Below the pieces are notes generated by a model. The model was not told the DNA's origin and did not search any database. It saw only the letters and a list, made by a program, of their open reading frames with translations. Both the position numbers and the translations under genes were made by a program. From contig NC_043020.1 in the NCBI RefSeq assembly GCF_006345805.1, forward strand, positions 17,112,001 through 17,176,000: a stretch of DNA of 64,000 nucleotides, given 5' to 3'. The stretch is from Octopus sinensis (taxonomy: Eukaryota). The number at the start of each line of letters is the position of its first letter. Position 1 is the first letter of the stretch. Below, piece after piece: positions 11,999 through 25,213 of this stretch.

Positions 11999-13968
11999 AT
12001 ATATATATATATATATATATATATGCTCAGGCATTGCTATGTGGTTGAAAGGTTCACTTTGCAACCATTTGCTTTTGGGTTTGTGCCTACACAGTGGCAT
12101 CAAGGGCAAGTGTCAGCTTGACCAGTGCCTTTTGAGTGAAATTTAGTAAATGGAAATTATGTGGAAGCCTATGGAACAGGTGTAACTGTAGGTGTGTCTA
12201 TGTTTACATTCATAATACCTGTTGTTTACATTGCTTTAATAGCAGTTCAATGACATAGAGATCAATAAAATAGTACCAGACAAAATAAGTACTAATATTG
12301 ATATAAGTGAATAAACTTTTATAGGTGGTGTTCCAGCATGGTCGTAGTCTATGAAAGCAATAATAAAAATAAAAAGAGGCTCTGTGTGTGTGTGTCTTTT
12401 GCCAATGTATGTCTGCTAAATTGGTAAACATTGTTGAGAGAACACATTAACTGGTGCTTTCAAGCTAAAAGATTTGTATAAAAATATCTTGTATAAAGGC
12501 ATGAGTATGGTTGTGGGGTAAGACGTTTTCTTCCGAATCACATGGTTCTCAGTTCAGTCCCACTACATGGCATCTTTGGTAGGTGTCTTAGCCCAAGCCA
12601 ACCAAATCCTTGTGAGTGGATTTGGTAGATGGAAATGATAGGAGCCAGTCATGTATGTGTGTGTCTTTCTGTTTGGGTTTGTCCCCACCACTGCTTGACA
12701 ACCCTCGCTGGTTTCTTTATGTCTCCTGTCACTTAGCAGTTTGGTAAAAGTGACCAATAGACTAAGTACTGGGTTTTAAAAAATTAAGTACTGGAGTTTG
12801 TTCATTTGGCCAAAAACCTTTATGGTGGTGCATGGCCACAGTGCAACAACTGAAAGAAATAAAAGATATTTACTGAGTTATGAAAAGTTTGAAATTTTGG
12901 ACAAAAAGTGGTCATTGGTTGCTACTGTAATTCCTTATGTTTACATTCAGCTTACTTCCCATATTGTTCCCTGGGGCACCTCATCCTTCAACTCATTGTT
13001 TTATATCTTGGGGATGGGGAGCGAACTTCTTAACTATGCAGCCATATTGCATGTGTCCAATAATCCAGGATTCACTAGTCTATTACCTTTGATATTTGGA
13101 ACTGATTTGAATGTGGTGGTCATTACGTTGCATGATGGCCCCCTTCTGTGTCATGGTACAATAAACATGTGACATAAAGACTGGCACTTTGCCATAAAGA
13201 AGTCCACTAAGCCTGTATTAGGTTTAACCCTCTAACATTCAGATTTACTCTATCAAATGTACTGCTTATTTTTTCACATTTTTAAAAGCTCCCTTAATAA
13301 TGCTTACCTCCATTCTGTCTCCCTTCTCTGTCAACTTTCATCCCCTGACACCCACCATTTCCTGTATCACCTGAGAGTAGAATAGGCACACACTACATAC
13401 CCCTCCTTTCTTCACCTCTCCCTTCTTTGTACTGCTCTCTATTATCAACTCCTTGCTTACCTGCTGTTGCCTCAATGACCTCATGTATCTACTGTGACCC
13501 CCACCAGTCTCTTTTATATTTTTCTCCAACATTTACTAGTCACCCCATCCTTCTCACTCTTCCAGCTCAAACCTCTATATCACTTCACTTATTTTCACCA
13601 CCCCCAGTCTTCCTCAAGGACATGACCTGACACACTTTGCCATCATCTCCCTATCACTCTCCTTTGTGTACCAACTGGGGTATCCATGTATCTGCTCTAC
13701 AGCAGGACATCAACATCTGTCCCTTCTCTACCTTAAATCACTCTATTGGTACAAAACCATATCCCCTCAATATTAACCCCCCACTCCCAGTTGAGGGATT
13801 TTTGTTTTGCAAAGTACTTGGTGACCCTGTTGGTGATGGTGTCGCATAAAAAGCACTGTTGTTGGTGTCATGTAAATAGTGCCTTGTACACTCTGTAAAA
13901 AGGTTGGCATTGGGGAGGGCATCCAGATAGATCGTTAGCTACTACATGCATTTTTTTTCTCTCCTTGT

Positions 13969-14006
13969 TTTTTTCTGAGGAAGAACGTAGGCTCGAAACG
14001 TAAAAG
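13969..14006 (+). ncRNA. Minimal hammerhead ribozyme-like motif within a ~170-bp Penelope-pLTR-like element (13930-14100)
   Basis: tttt-CTGAGGA(13975-13981)-a-gaac gtag gctc-GAAA(13995-13998)-CG-TA-aaag; palindromic ACGT stem III as in dimeric minimal hammerheads. Confidence 0.62.
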
Positions 14007-14869
14007 ACTTTTTCTATTCCTGAGCGCTATACTAATACATTTGTTTGTTTGTACACCACCTGCCTTCGTTTTTTGTTTATTATCGTAAACTTTTCCTTTA
14101 TATATATATATATGTATACATATATAAAACAAGCGGTACAGGCATAACTTACTTGCAAGTGATTATAAACTCCATGCTATTGCATAGCATTTCGAGTATC
14201 TTCTACTATAGTGGATTTAGTAGAAGGAAATGGAAAGAAACCTTGTGTGTGTGTGCATATGTGTGTGTGTTTGTGTTCCCTGTGCTTACATTTGCATTTA
14301 TCTGAGAATCACGAGCTATTAAAAGCAGTGCTATTCTCATTTCTCTTGTCTGCTAATCATTTGCTGGATTTGCACATTCATAAGCATATGGAATAACTAA
14401 TACTTTACTTTAAAAAAATGAGACAAGGTTTAGCAACAGGAAAAGCATCTGGCTATAAAGCTATGCTTCTATAATATATTCGTCTTTTCCATGCTTGCAT
14501 AGAAAGACGAATGTGTAAAAATGAAGAAACACATTCACATATAACATATTTGTTTTGAACATATCAGAGCAGCCCTATTTCCAGCTGTGATCATTCCCTT
14601 GCGTTTTTTTTTAAATAGTCTATGTATATTGTACTACATTATCCAACGTCTCATTCCATTTTTAGATTTGACTTAGATTTGGCTACTATTTCTAGCATGT
14701 TGGACAGTCTCATAGGTGCTCCCTCCTTGGCATATATGTATTCATATATTACTTTTATATGTATATATATATATAATATATATATTGTAAAATATATAGA
14801 TTGAATTCAGTGGTACAGCATAAAAATGTGCTGGTTAACACAACCTTAAATAATACATACATAAGCATG

Positions 14870-14900
<31 letters not shown>

Positions 14901-16917
14901 CATACAGATGTGTGTATGTGTGTACAGCTGCCAATCTTCCAAATCTAGACAAAGAGACAACACACACACCATGTGCTGCAGTGTGGACCAAACAGTCATT
15001 ACTTCTCCTTTACCTTTCTCTTTTCCTCCTCCTCAAATTTCACTCTATAAGATTACACTGCTCTGCCAATGTCATATATATACTTACTCCCACATTTCTT
15101 CCCTAACAACAGTCTTCTGAATTTATTATGAATATAGATATATTCTCCTGTGTCTATATATTCATACAAACTACTATATACATGCTCATGCATACACACA
15201 CACAATATCCTGCTTATATATATATGTATAATTCCCTTAGGCATTGCAAGACTAATAACCTGGTGTAGAACTCTGTATACATGCATATACTCTTTACTCT
15301 CTCTTACTTGTTTCAGTCATTTGACTGCGGCCATGCTGGAGCACCGCCTTTAGTCGAGCAAATCAACCCTGGGACTTATTCTTTGTAAGCCCAGTACTTA
15401 TTCTATCGGTCTCTTTTGCCGAACCGCTAAGTGACGGGGACATAAACACACCAGCATCGGTTGTCAAGCAATTTGGGCGGGGGGGGGCAAACGCAGACAC
15501 ACAAACACACACATATATATACATATACACAACAGGCTTCTTTCAGTCTCCGTCTACCAAATCCACTCACTAGGCTTTGGTCGGCCCGAGACTATAGTAG
15601 AAGACACTTGCCCAAAGTGCCATTTTCTTTTAAAGCCTGGTACTTATTCTATTGGTCTCTTTTGCCAAACTGCTAAGTTACGAGGACATAAACACACCAA
15701 TACTGGTCGTCAAGCCGTGGCAAGGGGCAAACACAGACACAAAGACATGCACACATAAACACAGTTTGATCTTGCATGACTGAACTTCATCCCCCCTTGG
15801 ACCCCCATCTCTCCTTATCCACCTTATCATTACTTCACCCAGATTACCATTGGAACTTTTGCACTATTGGAACTCTATCATCTGTACCTTACTGTACACT
15901 TGTTGATACACACCCATCAGGCTTCTATCAGATTCCATCTACCAAAAAGCCACTCACAAAGCTTTGGTCAGTCTGATGCTATACTAGACACCTGCCCAAG
16001 GTGCCATGCTGTGAGAATGAACCTAGAACCATGTGATTGAAGGAGCTATCCATGTTTCATGATTCTGATTCATGCATTAGAAACCATCAGAAGATTAGTT
16101 TACTTACTGGCCCCGTGGATAAGGTATAAACTTTCTCCTTATAGAGCCCAGGTTCAAACCTGTTTCAGTCATTATTGTTCTATCACAGAACACCTGAGCA
16201 AACTGCTTTCAATATGGATGTAGAAGTTGTAAAGGAAGGCAACTCTCATAGTAAATATTTTGTGTGGTGTTCTGCAAAATAATTCAAGTATATGCATATA
16301 ATGAATATATATGCCAAGCATTGTTAATAACTAGAATTTTCCTATTTGTGAGAGACAGTAAACAAAAACCTAGTGGCATTCATTAGCAACTTGCAAAGAA
16401 ATGGGGAGATGGTTTTAATAAATTACGAATTAATTTTAAAAATTTAATTCTCATACTTATGGAATATTGGCTTATTCGAATTATTTTTCTTTGCTTAATT
16501 TTGTTTATTTTTGCTTTATTCTGCTATCACGCCCCGCCTCCCATTCAAAATAACAAGAGCAATGTGTATTCAAATAATGAATGCTTTCGTCGAGTGCTGT
16601 TGCACTCTATATGGTATTTTGTATAAATATTCACAGAATACTTGTACAAAATATTATTTACTGTAAGCATAGGCCTACAGTAAATATGGTGCGTGTAGGC
16701 TTGTCGGGTGTGGTAAGAAGCTTGCTTTCCAACCACATGGTTCTGGGTTCAGTACAGTTGTGTGGCACCTTGAGCAAGTATCTTCTGCTAATCCTAACCT
16801 CAAGTTGACCAAAGCCTAATGAGTTTATTTGATTGACAGAAATTGAAAGATGCTTGTTATGTGTGTGTGTGTGTGTGTCTTTGTGTCTGTGTTTGTCCCC
16901 CACCACTGCTTGACAAG

Positions 16918-17220
16918 CAGTGTTGGTGTGTTTACATCCCTGTAACTTAGTGGTTTGGCAAAAGATACCAATAGAATAAGTACTAGGTTTAAAAAGAAAA
17001 CGTCCTGGGATCGATTTGTTCAACAAAAACCCTTCAGGGCAGTGCCCCAGCATGGCCACTTGTTTCAGTCATTTGACAGTGGCCATGCTGGGGCACTGCC
17101 CTGAAGGGTTTTAGTTGAACAAATCGATCCCAGGACATTTTCTTTTTAAACCTAGTACCTATTCTATTGGTATCTTTTGCCAAACCACTAAGTTACAGGG
17201 ATGTAAACACACCAACACTG
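16918..17220. repeat. Near-perfect 143-bp hairpin formed by fold-back duplication of a SINE 3' half
   Basis: Arms 16918-17060 and 17078-17220 are reverse complements with 3 mismatches by eye; 17-nt loop. Confidence 0.92.
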
Positions 17221-17850
17221 GTGTGTGTCATTGTCTCCTTACCTTCAGGTCACATGATAGTCGTAAACAAGTACCACTGACCCATGCCAGCAGTTTCTTC
17301 GGTTCCAATCTTGTATGAAAACATGTCTGGTTATGGGGAAAATATTACCTTATTTGGAAACAGGCAAGGGTTGGCAACAAGAAGGACATCGAGCTGTAGA
17401 AAATTTACCTCAACAAATTCTTTCTGGCCCATGCAAGCATAGAGAAGTGTCCATTGAGTGAGGATGATGATGATGGTGCTTGTGTCCCCTTATTTACCTC
17501 TGTTTCCAACTGGGAAGCAGTTTGTGACAGATCATGTATCCCCTTATCCTAAATTGTCTGCTTACTTCAGTGTCTTGTATATAAGTATTTTGCAATGGAA
17601 AGAACATTGGATTTCACCTACCATAGTTTTATATTTAGGTATTCTGAAAAAAAAGTAACATAAAACTCAGGTTGAGGAAAAACCTGAAAACTTGAGCTTT
17701 GAATATGAATGAACATCATTTGTTTACATTGTTTGTGCCATTGGCTACAGCTCAGTGCACATCACACACACACACACCTACTTACTTACCTTTTATCATT
17801 TTCAGTCATTGGACTGTGGTTATGCTGGAGTACTGCTTTGAAGGGTTTAA

Positions 17851-18070
17851 CCCTTTCAATACCAACCCGCCTGAAACCGTCTCTGGCTCTGTAGTACAAA
17901 TGTCTTGTTTTTATAAATTTTGAATTAAAACCTTCCACCAAACCTTAGTCACAATTTATGTTCCTAACACTAGCTTAAGGATAATGAAAGTTATTTTACT
18001 AAATTCTTTGTTATATTTAAAATAATTCAAAGAAACACAGCATCTCAAAACAAATACAGTAACGAACGGG
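17851..18070. mobile_element. piggyBac-type (TTAA) MITE, family B, inserted in a family-1 SINE
   Basis: ttaa-ccctttcaatacc...gtaacgaacggg-ttaa. Oppositely oriented copies at 18492-18706 and 47997-48217. Confidence 0.85.
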
Positions 18071-20042
18071 TTAACCAAAGGAATCAACCCCAGTACTTAC
18101 ATCATTTTAAAGCCTGGTACTTATTCTCTTTTGCTAAAGAAGCCAAGCTATGAGAGCATAAACAAACTAACACCAATCGTTAAGTGGTGGGCGACAAACA
18201 TACACACACACGACAAGCTTCTCTTCATTTCCATTTATTAAATTCATTCACAAGGCTTTGGTTGGTCCGAGGCTAGAGTAGAAGACATTTATCCAAGGCG
18301 CCAGAACCATGTGGTTGAGAAGCAAACTTTTTGCCACACAGTCACACACACACATACAATGTACACACACTCATCCATTTGTTTTTGTGGCTGTTTTTTC
18401 CAAGTTGGCATGAGTTAGATGAATATGTTATTAAAGCATTGTTTTTCAGTTAGATACTCTTCCTGCCACTAACCCTTAGTTGTTTGTTTAACTCTTTCGT
18501 TACCATATTTATTTTGAGATGCTCTGTGTTTCTTTCAATTACTTCAAAAATAACAAAGAATTTAGTAAAATAACTTAGTTATCATTAAACAAGTGTTAAG
18601 AACGTAAATTGTGACTAAGGTGGAAAACTTTAATTCAAAACTTTTGAAAACAAGACATTTGGACTCAGAGCCAGAGCCGCTTTCAGCCGGGTTGGTAACG
18701 AAAGGGTTATCTTAACCACAGAGCCATACTTATTAATTTTTGAAATAATCAAGAATCGAAAGGATTTTAGTAAAATAACTTTTACGTTTATTGAAGTTTG
18801 AAATATCACTAAACAAATGATTCATAAATATATTTTGATGTAAGGTTTAATTAAACACTTCAAAATAATGATTTCGAACCAGAGGCAAAAAGGGTTAAAA
18901 TTAATATTAAAATAAATATAATAAATAGAAGTAAAATTACAGGAAAACATCAGAAAGAGAAAGACAGAGATAATTTCAATTATCTTCAAAATTAGTTTTG
19001 AGTTTAGTTGTGAATACAAAAATATATGTGTGTGTAAGTACAATATTAAATATTGGTGTGAAAATATTGAGAAGTTTCAGATAGTCTTCATTCCATCAGT
19101 TCTGCTCTATCTGTGTTAGCATTTTTCTTTTTGTTTTTTACTGTTACTTCTTCCTGATTAGTCATTTTTATCACCATTGCCACTGCTATTGCTGTCCCAT
19201 TAAATCAGTTTTGTCAGTGAACCAATGAGCTCAACATGGTTAATCCACCTGTAAAAAGAACCAGCTAAATCTTCCTGGTGTAGGACAGGACAAGGTCTAC
19301 TTGCTATAGACTGTAGGTCGGTTCAGTAAGTGTCAACCGAGTGTTAAATGAGTGTTTTTCATTGTGGGTGAGAGGTTCTCCTTGGTGTTAGTGGGGGAGC
19401 TGTGGGGATTAAAAGTGGGAGGAGCAGACAAATTGTCACATTTAACTCTTGATATCAACTCACCTGAGAACACCTGGTTCTATGATATAAACTTGAAGTG
19501 ATCTAAATTATACGCTCACCTCGAAATTTCATTTTAACTTTTTAGCTTTCAGATTTCATCATCATCATCATTGTTTAACGTCTGCTTTCCATGCTAGCAT
19601 GGGTTGGACGGTTCAACTGGGGTCTAGGAAGCCAGAAGGCTGCGCCAGGCCCAGTCTGATCTGGCAGTGTTTCTACGGCTGGATGCCCTTCCTAACGCCA
19701 ACCACTCCGTGAGTGTAGTGGATGCTTTTTACGTGTCACCGGCACAGGTGCCAGACGAGGCTGGCAAATGGCCATGATTGGATGGTACTTTTGCTTGTGT
19801 ATTCACATTGTTTTGAATTTATTACACATCTTGTAATTTCAAGATTTCAATGGTGTGTTTGTGTATTTTTAGAATGATATTGTGAGGGAGGTGTGAGAGG
19901 TTGGATCTAGTCAGCTTTAACACAAAACAGGTAGAATATTTGTGCTGGATATGGCTGGATTAGATGCTAAAGGGTTAATTTGTATTTCAAGCACCAGCTT
20001 AATAATGACAGTTTTTCTATTAAATCCTTCATTCAGTTCTAT

Positions 20043-20526
20043 ATTTAAGAGATGAAGAATTATGTACATTATTTACATTTGACAGATATTTGTCCTCATC
20101 TTGTTTGTTAACACATTTTGGCTGATATACCCTCCAGCCTTCTTCAGGTGTCTTGGGGAAATTTTGAACCTGGGTTCTCATTCCTAAGGTAGTTTTCGAT
20201 GTCATTATTATTATTATTATTATTATTGTTCAGGTCACTGCTTGGAATCAAACTTGGAACCTTGGGGTTAGTAACCCGTGCTCTTAACCACTATGTCATA
20301 TGGTGTAGTGGTTAAGATTCCAAGTTCGATTCCAAGCAGTGACCTGAACTATAATAATCATAATAATAATAATAATAACAACATCGAAAAATACCTTAGG
20401 AATGAGAACCCAGGTTTGAAATTTCCCCAAGACACCTGAAGAAGGATGGAGGGTATATCAACCGTAACGTTGTGTTAACAACAAACAAGATGAGGACAAA
20501 TATCCATCAAATGTAAACAATGTAAA
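20043..20526. mobile_element. Palindromic (head-to-head) tRNA-headed element with hammerhead-like tails
   Basis: Arms of ~230-250 bp inverted about catatg (~20297-20302). Each arm has A-box tggtgtagtgg, B-box gttcgattcc, (TAA)n, then gacacCTGAAGAaggctgg...tcagcc(G)AAAcgttgtgtt. Direct repeat taaatccttcatt at 20021-20033 and 20523-20535. Confidence 0.8.
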
Positions 20527-21169
20527 TCCTTCATTAGTTTCTAAATTACTTGAAACAAAGACAGCATATTCTGTTGTGTCTTGGGAGAGTCATTATGCCA
20601 ATAATAACAACATACACACAGGTTCAATCCCATTTCTTCATTTTTAGTCAATGGTGTAATAACTCTCCCAGACTCAACAAAATTTGTTTCAACACACAAA
20701 TTCACATAAAGAATCTTGCAAATCCTATACAAAAACAAAGAAAGTGTTTTTCAGCAGAAATATGGTAGCACAAGAGTCAAGATGGTTGTAAGCTTTTAAA
20801 CCAAACACCAAGATGAAAGAAGAATGAATGTAGATACAAATTCTACACAGGTGCAGGTGTGACTCTGTGATAAGTAGCTTGCTTCCTAACCACATGGTTG
20901 TGGGTTCAGTCCCACTGCGTGGCACCTTGTATTTTCTGCTATAGCCTCGGGCTGACCAAAGCCTTGTCAGTGGATTTGGTAGACAGAAACTGAAAGAAAC
21001 TTTTGTGTTTGTCCCCACTACACCGCTCAACAACCGGTGTTAATGTGTTTACGTCTCTGTAATTTAACGGTTCGGCAAAATAGACCGATATAATAAGTAC
21101 CAAGTTTAAAATGAAAAAAGTCCTGGGGTTAATTCATTCGACTAAAAATTCTTCAAGGCGGTGCCCCAC

Positions 21170-21370
21170 AAAAAGTTGAAAGATATCCAAAATCCTTGTC
21201 CGGCACCGGATCGGTCCCCAAATCTAATCAGTTCATGCCTGTCACGAGGCCAAACATCCCTGAGAGTTTCATCCGAATCCATCCAGCAGTTCTTGAGATA
21301 TCTTGTCCACGGTCCAACATACAAACACGACTGAAAACAATACCCCTGCCTTCGCTAAGGCGGAGGAAAC
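21170..21370 (+). mobile_element. Non-autonomous DNA element fragment with 3' hairpin (Helentron/DINE-like or Crypton-like; class uncertain)
   Basis: GC/CpG-rich, aaatctaatcagttc...tttcatccgaatccatcc body, ending in hairpin cctgccttcgctaaggcggagg; interrupts a family-1 SINE. Confidence 0.45.
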
Positions 21371-22719
21371 AATCAGTCTTTTTGTGTGTGAATCATTTAT
21401 TTTTTTTTTATGGTAGGGTGTAATTTCAGACAAGATTTGGCTGCTATTTCTTGCAGGTGACGCGGCTGCTATTTCTTGCAGGTGACGCGGCTGCATAGAT
21501 GCTTCCTTGTTATTTCATCTCGCTGTGGTGTGTGTGAAGTTTTGTAGTTAGTTGTGTGAGTGCGTGTTTTCTGTAATTATGTGTATGTAGCTTTATAATT
21601 CTGTGTAGTTCTATAGTTGGTTTTGTGTGTGTGTGTGTAGTTCTGTATGCTGCTAATTTGTTTAGAGTCACTGAAGATTGTTTTTAATGTTGTTAGCCTG
21701 TTTTGGTTAGAGGGGAAATTTTATTTTTCTATTTTTTCTATTTTTCCTTTGGTGGTACTAGTGGGAGATGACCTACTTTCAGTATCAGTATATTTATTTT
21801 TATTACCCATTTTGCATAAAGGGACGTAACTAGACGCATCGTGGTCGAGAAACAAATTTCTTAAGACTATGGCTATCTTTAGAAATTTATTTTTACTGCA
21901 CGGAAATGAAAAAAATTATTTCAAGGTTTTGAATTGATTTAATATTTTTGGGGTAATTTGGGTCAAATTATTAACAGAAAATGAGATTGCAATTTTTGAG
22001 GTGTAAATAAATACAAATTATATCTTTCATTTTTTACTTGTCTCAGTTGTTGCACTGCGGCTCTGCCGAGGCACCTGTTTGAAGGGTTTTAGTCGAACGA
22101 ATCAACCCTAGTGCTTATTTGTTTTTTAAAGCCCAGTACTTATTCTATTAGTATCTTATGCCGAATCGCTAAGTTATGGAGTTCGTAAATAAATCAACAC
22201 GGACTGTCAATTAGTGGTGGGGGACAAAGGCAAACAGAAACACACACGACAGACTTCTTTCTGGTTCTGTCGGCCTAAGACTATAGTGGAAAACACTTGC
22301 CCAAGGTGCCACTTATTGGGGCAGAACTCGGAATTAGGTGGTTTGGAAGCAAACTTCTTACCATATCTACATAGTAAGAAGTTTGCTTCTTACCCACATG
22401 GTTTCAGGTTCAGTCCCACTGCACGACACCTTGAGCAAATGTCTTCTATAGCTTGAGGCTGGATAAAGCCTTGCGAGTGGATTTGATATCTGTTTGCCTG
22501 TCTGTCACCAAGTGACAGGGGCATAAACAAACCAACACTGGTTGTTAAGTGGTGGTGGTGGTGGTGGTGGGGGGTAAATGCAGACACATGCACACACACA
22601 CACGACAGGCTTCTTTCAGCCTCTCTCTGCCAAATCCACTCACAAGGCTTTGGTCAGCCAAAGGCTATAGTAGAAGACACTTGTCCAAGGTGCCACATAG
22701 TAAGCCTGAACCCTGAACC

Positions 22720-22934
22720 TATTTCTTTACTACCCACAAGGGGCTAAACACAGAGAAGACAAACAGATTAAGTCGATTACATCGACCCCAGTGCTTAACT
22801 GGTACTTAATTTATCGACCCCGAAAGGATGAAAGGCAAAGTCGACCTCGGCAGAATTTGAACTCAGAACGTAACGGCAGACGAAATACGGCTATGCATTT
22901 CGCCCGGCGTGCTAACGTTTCTCCCAGCTCGCCG
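22720..22934 (-). mobile_element. tRNA-derived SINE, family 3 (Deu/Nin-like core), nested in a family-1 SINE
   Basis: 9-bp TSD ccctgaacc (22711-22719 / 22935-22943); core gtcgactttgcctttcatcctttcggggtcgataaattaagtaccag. Arrays of related copies at 41360-41970, 50020-50430, 51660-52000 and 58290-58720. Confidence 0.85.
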
Positions 22935-25159
22935 CCCTGAACCATGTGGTTGGGAAGCAAAGTTCTTATCACACAGCCATGCTTGCACTTTTAATATATG
23001 CCAAAATAAAAGCATCTTGACCATCTGCAGTTTTGCAGTGATCCTAAAAATTTGTTTACTGGATTGTGGAGGACTGACTTAAAGTCCTGTTTTATGACAA
23101 AATATTCATTAAACCATTTGTCTGTAATGCTTCTTTTATATGTCTTCCTTCAAATTCAAGACAGAATCCTAGGCATATACTTGCAGCATCCATCCATTAT
23201 GATGTAAGGTCGTTTTGGGATAGGGAAGAGGTAATTCCTCAAGATATAAGCATGAACAGAACTCTTAAGATTTGCCTGGATGTTCTCCAGCATGGTGCTG
23301 CCAGGTTTTCATGCTTTCTGCTATTCTGCAGAATGCATGAGAGTCTGGCTTAAAGCTAACAATGTTATTAATCTATTGGCCAGTATCATCTGACTGGAAC
23401 ATATGGAAAATGCATGAAAATTAGGATCATATTGAAAAGAAAATTGCAGCTTATAATGCTTCATCGACTTTGGATCTATAAAAGAAAATGCTGCAGGTTT
23501 AGACACAAAATAATCCTGAGTGAATGCAAAAACTTCATCAAAAAGTACATGACACCTTTACTGTTGTTTTGGAAGCAAAGGGGCATTAGTGGCTGTACTT
23601 TTATAAACTGTTCTCAAATTATCTTGCATATTTTATAAAATGCGTTCTTCATTTTCAACTGTGTATTTTTTTTTCTTTTGTTCTGCTATTTATCACCTGC
23701 TCCTTCCTGACCCACTCCTCTTTCCTTTACCTTCCATTGTCTGTACCTCCTCTCCTATTTACCATTCACTGCACCACCTATATCCCTATATTCTCTATCT
23801 CTAACTATCTGTGAACTAAGTTCATGCTCTTGTGAACCTTAGCTGATTTTCTCTCCCTATCTTTTCATCTGTTCTTCCTGTCCCATTCACTCTCTTGCAC
23901 CTTCAAGGTATATCCCCCACCCTCAACACTTAACCATCTTCTCTCCTTCTCCAGCTGGGGTAGCCATGTATCTCCTCTACAGCAAGACACCTGTTCCTGT
24001 CCCTTTCTCATGCTTTTTTTCTTTCAACACCTGGCAGAAACCATTTCCCTCAGTATTACACACTCCTTAATCAAAGGCTGATGTCTTGTGAGTTACTTGG
24101 CGACCTCATTAATGTTGATGACATGAAAATGTACTCAAGAATTGCAGTAAAGTCCTCGACTTTAGGAAGGGCACCCAGCTGTAAAAAACCATAGCGAAAC
24201 AGATATTGGAGCTGTCAGCTCCTGTCAAACCATCTAATCCATGCTAGCATAGAATGTTTGCATAGAATGCTAGTATAGAATGTGTGCTAAATGATGATGG
24301 TTATTCAGATTTTGCCCATGACTATCCATTTGGTTGCTATTCTATTATATCCAACCTCTCAGTTGATTTCTACCCTACCACTAATACAAACATTAAACAT
24401 CCATTATTATTTAATACACTGTGAGTGTGTTAAATAATAAGGCACTAAAAGAGAATGACTCTCCCCAGACACAACAGACTATGCTTCAACACACAAACTC
24501 ATATAAAGAATCTTGCAAACCAAATCCAAAAACGAAATTAAACATCCAGCAAAGCATAAAAGGATCTGACCATGAAGGATGAGGTGGGTTGCTAGGAACC
24601 AGGCAGGACCAAAACAGCACCTATCAAAAGAACAGACGAACTCTCCTGATATAGGGTCAGTGACTGTTGGACAATCATGTACAGGGGTTTGAGAAATACT
24701 CAAGGTGATGAACAGATATGCTATAAGACCATTTAGGGAATAATGGGTTTTTAGTTCTTGTCATAACATATGTCTTTGAGAAGGCGATTTTGATGTAGAA
24801 CTTGATGTTTGTCCAGTTTCTCATTGTTCTAACCAATGCTTAGCCGTCAAGACGAGTGCTGTTTTATTTGCAAAGTTAATGCAGTTCAGTGCACACTTAC
24901 AGTTGTCATACTTAGAGACTTCATACACAGACATACATATGCACGCAAGTTGCATTTCTTGCGTGAATGTAAGGCGTGCAGTACTTGTATAAAATGTAGA
25001 AATAAATGCAAATGGGTTTTAATATGTTACATTTTTACAAGAGACAGCTGGAAAAGAGGTTTCATGCATGCTGCATATACTCCCACTTCAGTTGAATGGC
25101 TTTGATTTTTAAAATTGCATGATGTGGCCTAAGTACTAGGAGTCACTTGTGGTGCATAT

Positions 25160-25180
25160 ATGAGTATGCATGCACATGTA

Positions 25181-25213
<33 letters not shown>

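Noticed and set aside
20230-20345. tRNA genes at SINE heads (also 48520-48596, 43606-43700)
   Set aside because: A/B boxes are present but no complete cloverleaf can be drawn, and each continues into a repeat body.
24440-24830. Related fragments at 20560-20830 and 24440-24830 as a coding gene or a further hammerhead
   Set aside because: They look like decayed copies of one retroelement, but I cannot read a diagnostic protein motif or a complete ribozyme core.
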